In this document: piece after piece, positions 6,982-13,836 of the stretch
Numbering within the stretch: position 1 is the stretch's first letter
Layout of the letters: each line of letters starts with the position of its first letter
Assembly (NCBI GenBank): GCA_034661055.1
Contig: JAYEKO010000055.1
Coordinates: 1 to 13,836, forward strand
DNA: 13,836 nucleotides
Direction of reading: 5' to 3'
Source of the DNA: Campylobacterota bacterium
GTDB lineage: Bacteria; Campylobacterota; Campylobacteria; Campylobacterales; Sulfurimonadaceae
Program-made: the position numbers and the translations under genes
Notes under the pieces: model-generated
What the model was told of the DNA's origin: nothing
Database searches by the model: none
What the model saw: only the letters and a program-made list of their open reading frames with translations

Positions 6982-8178
6982 TTAGAATTTCATTTTAAGT
7001 ATATTTATTGGCATTTTTTCTGACCAAATTGCTTCTTTTAGTTTCAGTAAATTTCGAACTTCATCATTTACTAAACGATACGAGAGGTTAATCGTAGCAC
7101 TGTCAGCAGCTTCTTGAAGAGGAAAACTAACACTTTTTGAACCATTTGCAGGAATGGAGACATCAGCAGACTGTTTTACTGCTAAATGAGGAATAGTTGG
7201 TTTGTCTCGTTTGCTGGTGTAGTGACGAGTTAATGACATACTTTGACGTTTAACTACTTCACCGACACTTTTGAATTCTACATCAATAATTAACTCTCTT
7301 GAACCAAAACCGCTTGGAATATTATGTGGATTGGAATTTTTAAGTGTAATAATGAGTTTACCGTCTTTTGCTTCTGCCTTTAAATCAAGTGCACCTTCCC
7401 ACATACTTTTAGTATGTGCTCCACGAAATCCGTGCTTACGAACTTTACGCTTAACCTGCTTGCCGTCTTTAATGCGTAACGTAGAGGCAATCCCATCAAT
7501 GCGCGGACTCATGTGACAATCGACACACATCTTTTTACTTTTTTTGTACTCTTTTTGCATATTAGTAAATTCTAAGCCTGCAACAGATCGATCGTTAGCG
7601 TGACAAACAAAGCAGAGTGTGTCTGCTTTGTCGTTAAAGAAATCACGCTGCTCAGTTTTGTGATATGGAGAAAATGCATTCTCAAAGGGTCCGACCATAG
7701 TTCCTTGAGGCATCCAGCTAACACGGTTGACACCACGTTTGCTATCGTCTAAATCAGTATGAATTTTGTCGATATTATGACAGACAACACAGTTGATTCC
7801 TTCTGAAAGTGTATCGCTTGCTAGGGCTTTATTGACTTTGGAATTTTTATCGAGCTTCATGGCTACTTGAAGCTCGTAGTCCATACCAGTTTTAGTGACT
7901 GATATACGTGGATTATGGCATCCTGCACACTCAATTTTTATTGCATTTGCTGATTTTCTACTTTTTCTTCCAACGTAGTCAACAGTTTTACGAAAATATT
8001 CATCATTTTTATAATGTGATTTTGCGTGCCATGAATGTTTCCACTGATCAATAATTTGATGATGGCACGATTTACATTTACTAGAGTCACTATATTGTTG
8101 CGTTAGAGCAACGCTCTCAGCGGCTTGTAAATAGCTTGAAAAACATAAGAAAAAGAGTAATAAAAAATATTGTCTCAT
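6982..8178 (-). CDS. Exported multiheme (five CxxCH) cytochrome c
   Basis: CKSCH, CAGCH, CVVCH, CFVCH, CVDCH; Sec-type signal peptide (MRQYFLLLFFLCFSSYLQA); heme-free C-terminal region; AGGGG RBS. Confidence 0.92.
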   Translation of the reverse strand: MRQYFLLLFFLCFSSYLQAAESVALTQQYSDSSKCKSCHHQIIDQWKHSWHAKSHYKNDEYFRKTVDYVGRKSRKSANAIKIECAGCHNPRISVTKTGMDYELQVAMKLDKNSKVNKALASDTLSEGINCVVCHNIDKIHTDLDDSKRGVNRVSWMPQGTMVGPFENAFSPYHKTEQRDFFNDKADTLCFVCHANDRSVAGLEFTNMQKEYKKSKKMCVDCHMSPRIDGIASTLRIKDGKQVKRKVRKHGFRGAHTKSMWEGALDLKAEAKDGKLIITLKNSNPHNIPSGFGSRELIIDVEFKSVGEVVKRQSMSLTRHYTSKRDKPTIPHLAVKQSADVSIPANGSKSVSFPLQEAADSATINLSYRLVNDEVRNLLKLKEAIWSEKMPINILKMKF

Positions 8179-8214
8179 AAAAACCCCTAGAGTGTCACAA
8201 TTTTGGCATTTAGT

Positions 8215-8223
8215 ATTATATCA
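8215..8223 (-). promoter_or_regulatory. Extended -10 box for the cytochrome c gene, overlapping the argF stop codon
   Basis: Minus strand TGATATAAT, where TGA is the argF stop; 36 nt upstream of the cytochrome ATG. Confidence 0.65.
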
Positions 8224-9147
8224 AGAATTTCTATGTTTATCTAGCCAAACCATTAACCCTTTTTGAGCATGAAGTCTATTTTCTGCTTCATCAAAGATAA
8301 CACTTTGCTCTCCTTCAAGAACACTTTCACTCACTTCTTGACCTCTGTATGCAGGAAGACAGTGTAAAAAGATAGCATCTTGTTGCGCAAGAGACATAAG
8401 TGCATCATCAACAATATATCCGGCAAATATTTTTAGTCGCTCCGCTTTTTCATCTTCTTGTCCCATAGAGGCCCATGTGTCTGTGGTTACCACAGTAGCA
8501 CCTTTAACTGCAACTTTTGGATCATTGGTAAATGTAATAACGGCACCACTATCTTTTGCAATCTCTAAGGCATAGGCGATAATGCTATTGTTAACCTCAT
8601 AGCCTTTTGGTGTTGCAACTCGCAGTTCAAATCCAAGTTTAGCAGCGAGCATCAGCCATGAATGTGTCATGTTATTGCCATCGCCAACATAGGCAACAAT
8701 AGGGTTATTGGCATGGTTATGCTCTATCATAGTCATATAGTCGGCTAGGAGTTGAACAGGATGGTAAGAGTCAGTAAGACCATTAATAACAGGCACTTTA
8801 GAGTAGCGGGAAAATTCTTCTAGCATTGTATGTTCAAACGTTCGAATCATTATCATGTCACACATTGAGGAGATGACTCGTGAGGTGTCTTTCACAGGTT
8901 CGCCACGTCCTAAATGAATATCACGATTGGATAAAAATAGACCATGACCACCAAGTTGAAAAATACCTGACTCAAAACTTACGCGTGTACGAGTGGAACT
9001 TTTTTCAAAAATCATAGCCAGAGTTTGACTAGGCATATGGTGTGTAATATTTCCAGACTTAAGCTCTTTTTTAATAGAGAGCCCTAGGTCAATAATTTCT
9101 AAGATTTCTTCTTTAGTGTAATCTTTTAGTGTTAAAAAATGTCTCAA
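8221..9147 (-). CDS. argF: Ornithine carbamoyltransferase
   Basis: [35 protein letters not shown] start with AGGGG RBS. Confidence 0.98.
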   Translation of the reverse strand: MRHFLTLKDYTKEEILEIIDLGLSIKKELKSGNITHHMPSQTLAMIFEKSSTRTRVSFESGIFQLGGHGLFLSNRDIHLGRGEPVKDTSRVISSMCDMIMIRTFEHTMLEEFSRYSKVPVINGLTDSYHPVQLLADYMTMIEHNHANNPIVAYVGDGNNMTHSWLMLAAKLGFELRVATPKGYEVNNSIIAYALEIAKDSGAVITFTNDPKVAVKGATVVTTDTWASMGQEDEKAERLKIFAGYIVDDALMSLAQQDAIFLHCLPAYRGQEVSESVLEGEQSVIFDEAENRLHAQKGLMVWLDKHRNS

Positions 9148-9194
9148 TTTTTCCCCTACATGTAAATAAAACTATTTACGAAAAATAAGGGCAC

Positions 9195-9203
9195 ACTATA
9201 CCA
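9195..9203 (-). promoter_or_regulatory. Extended -10 box for argF
   Basis: Minus strand TGGTATAGT just after the hemB stop, identical to the box upstream of the ferredoxin gene. Confidence 0.6.
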
Positions 9204-9206
9204 TAA

Positions 9207-10175
9207 TTACGATAAAAGCTTTGCAACCTCTTTGGCGTGGTAGCTAATAATAATATTTGCTCCGGCACGTTTAAAGCCGATCATTGTCTCCATCATAACT
9301 CTATCATAGTCAATAAGTCCAGCACTGCCCGCATGTTTTAGCATGGCATACTCACCGCTAACGTTGTAAACTGCTAATGGTAGAGAGGTGTTTTCACGAA
9401 TATCACGAATAATATCTAGGTAGGCAAGCGCTGGTTTTACCATTAATATATCAGCACCTTGCGCTTCATCGGCAATACTCTCAGCAATTGCTTCACGTCT
9501 ATTTGCAGGATCCATTTGGTAAGTACTTCGATCGCCAAAGCTAGGAACTGACTCAGCTACATCACGAAATGGTCCATAGTAACCGCTTGCAAATTTTGTG
9601 GAGTAGGCCATAATTGGTAAATTCTCAAAACCGCCACCATTAAGTGAGTTACGAAGTGTCTCAATGATGCCGTCCATCATTCCTGAAGGAGCAATCATAT
9701 CAGCTCCAGCATTTGCATGAATAATAGCTTGATCTGCTGAAATTTTTAAGGTTGCGTCATTATCGACGGTTTCATTAGCTATATCAATAATACCACAGTG
9801 ACCATGGTCAGTATATTCACAAAAACATAGGTCAGTGACAACAAACATATCGGGATGTGCCTGTTTTAAAGCGCGTACTGCTGAGGCAATAATACCGTGC
9901 TCACAAAGTGAATCCGAACCAATTGAATCTTTAACATCAGGAATTCCAAAGAGAATAACTGAGTAGATGCCAAGAGCTTTTAAAGTATCACATTCACGAA
10001 TCATTTCATCAATGCTCATCTGAAAAACACCTGGCATTGATGAAACTTCTGTTTTAATTCCCTCGCCGCTACGAATAAAAAGTGGATAGATGAAATCATC
10101 GGTAGTGACGTGCGTTTCGCGCACTAATGAGCGAAGATGTGTGTTTAATCTAGTTCTACGATATCGTTGAAACAT
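9207..10175 (-). CDS. hemB: Porphobilinogen synthase (ALA dehydratase), Zn-type
   Basis: DLCFCEYTDHGHCG zinc motif, APSGMMDG, YYGPFRD, MVKPAL, YNVSGEYAM. Confidence 0.99.
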   Translation of the reverse strand: MFQRYRRTRLNTHLRSLVRETHVTTDDFIYPLFIRSGEGIKTEVSSMPGVFQMSIDEMIRECDTLKALGIYSVILFGIPDVKDSIGSDSLCEHGIIASAVRALKQAHPDMFVVTDLCFCEYTDHGHCGIIDIANETVDNDATLKISADQAIIHANAGADMIAPSGMMDGIIETLRNSLNGGGFENLPIMAYSTKFASGYYGPFRDVAESVPSFGDRSTYQMDPANRREAIAESIADEAQGADILMVKPALAYLDIIRDIRENTSLPLAVYNVSGEYAMLKHAGSAGLIDYDRVMMETMIGFKRAGANIIISYHAKEVAKLLS

Positions 10176-10205
10176 AATTTTGTTACCTTGAATTGAAATC
10201 TTTTA

Positions 10206-10227
10206 GTTATAATTCTAGGATTATAAC
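10206..10227. promoter_or_regulatory. Symmetric bidirectional promoter region for hemB and ribA
   Basis: GTTATAATTCTAGGATTATAAC: TATAAT on + at 10208-10213 and on - at 10225-10220. Confidence 0.65.
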
Positions 10228-10262
10228 AACTAACTACCTATGGAATAATAAAAATTAAATTT

Positions 10263-10826
10263 ATGAACGTAAAAATATCAGATAGTGCCAATTTGCCATC
10301 GCGTTTTGGTGACTTTAAAGTAAAAGCTTTTAAAGAAGAGATAAAAGAGCATTTAGTAATCTACAAAGAGCCTCTAAGTGATACTCCTATTGTACGAATT
10401 CACTCAGAGTGTCTTACTGGAGATGCTATTGGAAGTTTAAAGTGTGACTGCCGCGATCAGTTAGAGTATGCTATGAAAATTGTTGGTGAAAAGGGTGGCA
10501 TTATTATCTATCTTCGCCAAGAGGGACGCAACATTGGCCTACTTAATAAAATCAATGCCTATGCCCTTCAAGATAAGGGTTTTAACACCATTGAGGCAAA
10601 TCATCAGCTTGGATTTAGTGCCGATGAGCGTACCTATGAAGTAGTGACAACTATTTTGCACCATTTCAATATTAAGAAAATTAGACTCTTAACCAATAAT
10701 CCTGAAAAAATAAAGTCGCTAGAAGATATTGAGATTATTGAACGTCTCCCTATTGTGATGGATACTAATGAGCACAATGAAGGCTATCTGAATGTTAAAC
10801 GTGATGAGATGGGTCACTTAATATAG
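10263..10826 (+). CDS. ribA: GTP cyclohydrolase II
   Basis: VRIHSECLTGD, CDCRDQL, YLRQEGRNIGL, LLTNNPEK, MGH C-terminus; 187 aa. Confidence 0.98.
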   Translation: MNVKISDSANLPSRFGDFKVKAFKEEIKEHLVIYKEPLSDTPIVRIHSECLTGDAIGSLKCDCRDQLEYAMKIVGEKGGIIIYLRQEGRNIGLLNKINAYALQDKGFNTIEANHQLGFSADERTYEVVTTILHHFNIKKIRLLTNNPEKIKSLEDIEIIERLPIVMDTNEHNEGYLNVKRDEMGHLI

Positions 10827-10839
10827 ACCCACTCTTTTT
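10806..10839 (+). terminator. Probable intrinsic terminator overlapping the ribA 3' end
   Basis: GAG-A-TGGGTC (10806-10815) / GACCCACTC (10826-10834), 9 bp with one bulge, followed by TTTTT. Confidence 0.55.
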
Positions 10840-10854
10840 ATTATCCATCAAATA

Positions 10855-12132
<1,278 letters not shown>

Positions 12133-12140
12133 TCACTCAG

Positions 12141-12169
12141 AATTATAATTAAATTTTAGCTTAAGCTAA
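12141..12169. promoter_or_regulatory. Divergent promoter region porin/solute-binding protein with two perfect palindromes
   Basis: AATTATAATT (12141-12150, TATAAT on both strands) and TTAGCTTAAGCTAA (12156-12169). Confidence 0.55.
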
Positions 12170-12227
12170 TTGTGCTATTACTTAGATTAAAAATAAATTA
12201 AACCAACAGAGAGAAAAAGGGTTGACA

Positions 12228-13712
12228 ATGCGTATGTTACAGTCAGTTTTAGTCATCTTTACTTTGTTAATACTAACGGCCTGTAGTGATAATAGTTCAA
12301 AAATAGATAAAACTGATGATATGCCATATATAGGGCAGTCTATAATGCTAATAGTACCAACCTTACATGCAGACCTTATTCGTGGACCTATCTTAAAATA
12401 CTCTAAAGTTTTTGAAAAAGAGAGTGGTGCAACAATACGAGTGGTTATGCCTGGCTGGGGCGATACAATAAAAAATATTGAGAAATCACTTCACGATGAG
12501 AATCTTCATTACGATATTTTTGTAGTGATTGCTATGTGGAATGGAGAACTTTTAGGCAATGGGCATATTGAGCCTATACCTCAAAGCATCAAAGATAAGA
12601 TTGATTGGGATGATGTATTGCCAATATACAAAGAGAATATACTCTCTTGGGCAAATGTAGCTTACGGCTTACCCTATGATGGTGACTGCATCAATCTTTA
12701 CTACCGTAAAGATATCTTTGAAGATGAAGAGAATAGAGCAAATTTTAAAAAGCAGTACAGTTATGAACTGGCACCACCTAAAACCTGGAAGCAGTATCTT
12801 GAGATAGCATCATTTTTTAATGGATGGGATTGGGATCATGATGGAGTGGTTGAATATGGTAACGCTGGACTTCGAATTAAGGGTGATGTGGCACTACTTC
12901 AGTTTTTCGCTCAAGCAGCAGCCTATGCAAAACATCCTGACGATAAAGCTTACTATTTTGACCCCGATACTATGCGACCTAGAATAGATAATCCCGCATT
13001 TATTCGTGCGCTTGAAGATTATATTAAAGCGATGGAGTATGGACCAGTTGGCATGAATAAATTTGCCGGACATGATGTGCGAAACTCGTTTGTATCAAGT
13101 GAAGTAGTAATGGCTATAGACTGGGCAGACTTAGGTATTTATGCAGTTAATTCACCTGTTTCCATTGTTCAAGACAGAGTAGGATATGCGCAGTTACCGG
13201 GGGCAGAACAAGTTTATAGCTCTATTAAGCAAGATTGGGAGAAACGTTATAATCAAGTCTCATCAATTAGTGGAAACTGGATGTTTTTAATCAATAAAGA
13301 TTCTAAAAATAAAGAATTAGCATTTGACTTTGCCGCTTATATGAGTTCTACTAAAATGAGTAAAGAGCTTGTCTCAACGAGTGGAAATGCAGTGAATCCT
13401 TCAAGGTTTTCTCATTTTAAAGATCCTGAGTCTTGGAATAAAAGTGGATTTTCTACAGATTCTGCTAGGAGGTATCTTGATGAGATTTCACACTCACTTA
13501 CCAATAAAAATACTGTTTTTGATATTACCATACCAGGCGCAGCAGAATATTATCAGGTACTTGATAATTTAGTTTATCAAGCAGTCATAAAAACCATTAC
13601 ACCACAAGAAGCACTTAAAAAAGCAGCTATTGAGTGGGAGGTAATTACAGATAAGCTAGGCAGGGAAAAACAGAAAGAGTTTTACAAGTCATCGCTTAAC
13701 TTAAAAAGGTAA
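12228..13712 (+). CDS. Lipoprotein extracellular solute-binding protein, carbohydrate (CUT1/family 1) type
   Basis: Lipobox LILTA-C; YGLPYDGDCINLYYRKDIF, PPKTWKQY, VGYAQLPG and ITPQEALKKAA match sugar ABC SBP patterns. The ATG at 12228 is preferred to the TTG at 12222 because AAGGG ends at 12221. Confidence 0.88.
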   Translation: MRMLQSVLVIFTLLILTACSDNSSKIDKTDDMPYIGQSIMLIVPTLHADLIRGPILKYSKVFEKESGATIRVVMPGWGDTIKNIEKSLHDENLHYDIFVVIAMWNGELLGNGHIEPIPQSIKDKIDWDDVLPIYKENILSWANVAYGLPYDGDCINLYYRKDIFEDEENRANFKKQYSYELAPPKTWKQYLEIASFFNGWDWDHDGVVEYGNAGLRIKGDVALLQFFAQAAAYAKHPDDKAYYFDPDTMRPRIDNPAFIRALEDYIKAMEYGPVGMNKFAGHDVRNSFVSSEVVMAIDWADLGIYAVNSPVSIVQDRVGYAQLPGAEQVYSSIKQDWEKRYNQVSSISGNWMFLINKDSKNKELAFDFAAYMSSTKMSKELVSTSGNAVNPSRFSHFKDPESWNKSGFSTDSARRYLDEISHSLTNKNTVFDITIPGAAEYYQVLDNLVYQAVIKTITPQEALKKAAIEWEVITDKLGREKQKEFYKSSLNLKR

Positions 13713-13721
13713 TAATACTTT

Positions 13722-13836
13722 ATGCCACAGTTTTTAATAAAAAAGTTATCGCTACGGGGATTCTTACTTTTAATCATTGGCTCTATGATAAATACAGCTA
13801 TATTATTGGTGTTACTGTTTCGCTTTGATAACTTAA
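13722..13836 (+). CDS. 5' fragment of a membrane protein (N-terminal TM helix), possibly a sensor; runs off the window
   Basis: Manual translation MPQFLIKKLSLRGFLLLIIGSMINTAILLVLLFRFDNL..., open to the window end, 9 nt after the SBP stop; basic residues followed by a hydrophobic stretch. Confidence 0.65.
   Translation, partial: MPQFLIKKLSLRGFLLLIIGSMINTAILLVLLFRFDNL

Noticed and set aside
7271..7516. 81-aa plus-strand ORF
   Set aside because: Antisense to the cytochrome gene; no supporting features.
6982..8178. NrfA, or hydroxylamine oxidoreductase/octaheme assignment
   Set aside because: Five CxxCH only, no CxxCK, and no nrfH or partner gene nearby.
9189..9194. GGGCAC matching the predicted terminus of the 1-253 element
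   Set aside because: Only 6 nt match and no partner repeat; consistent with chance.
6982..10175. Functional heme operon linking hemB and the cytochrome
   Set aside because: argF lies between them and each gene has its own predicted -10 box; proximity is probably incidental.

Overview
AT-rich bacterial chromosomal window. Gene order (fdx-ndk-yceD-rpmF-plsX-fabH-HIT; argF-hemB-ribA) and TGnTATAAT-type promoters point to Campylobacterota, probably a Sulfurimonas/Sulfurovum-like organism (inference). Most of it is housekeeping: metK, ferredoxin, ndk, YceD-like, rpmF (missing from the ORF track), plsX, fabH, HIT, DEAD-box helicase, argF, hemB, ribA. Three parts stand out. (1) A ~250-bp non-coding element at 1-253, directly in front of the metK RBS, that folds into a perfect four-way junction with two inverted REP-like tips; it looks like a MITE/REPIN-type repeat whose left end probably lies just outside the window. 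(2) A standalone exported pentaheme cytochrome c. (3) A module at the right end made of a LamB/maltoporin-family porin, divergent from a lipoprotein sugar-type solute-binding protein, followed by the start of a membrane protein that looks more like a sensor than an ABC permease, i.e. a possible carbohydrate-sensing system. Several exact palindromes sit on promoters and on a convergent gene overlap. All alignments and base pairings were done by eye; no searches or folding programs were run.
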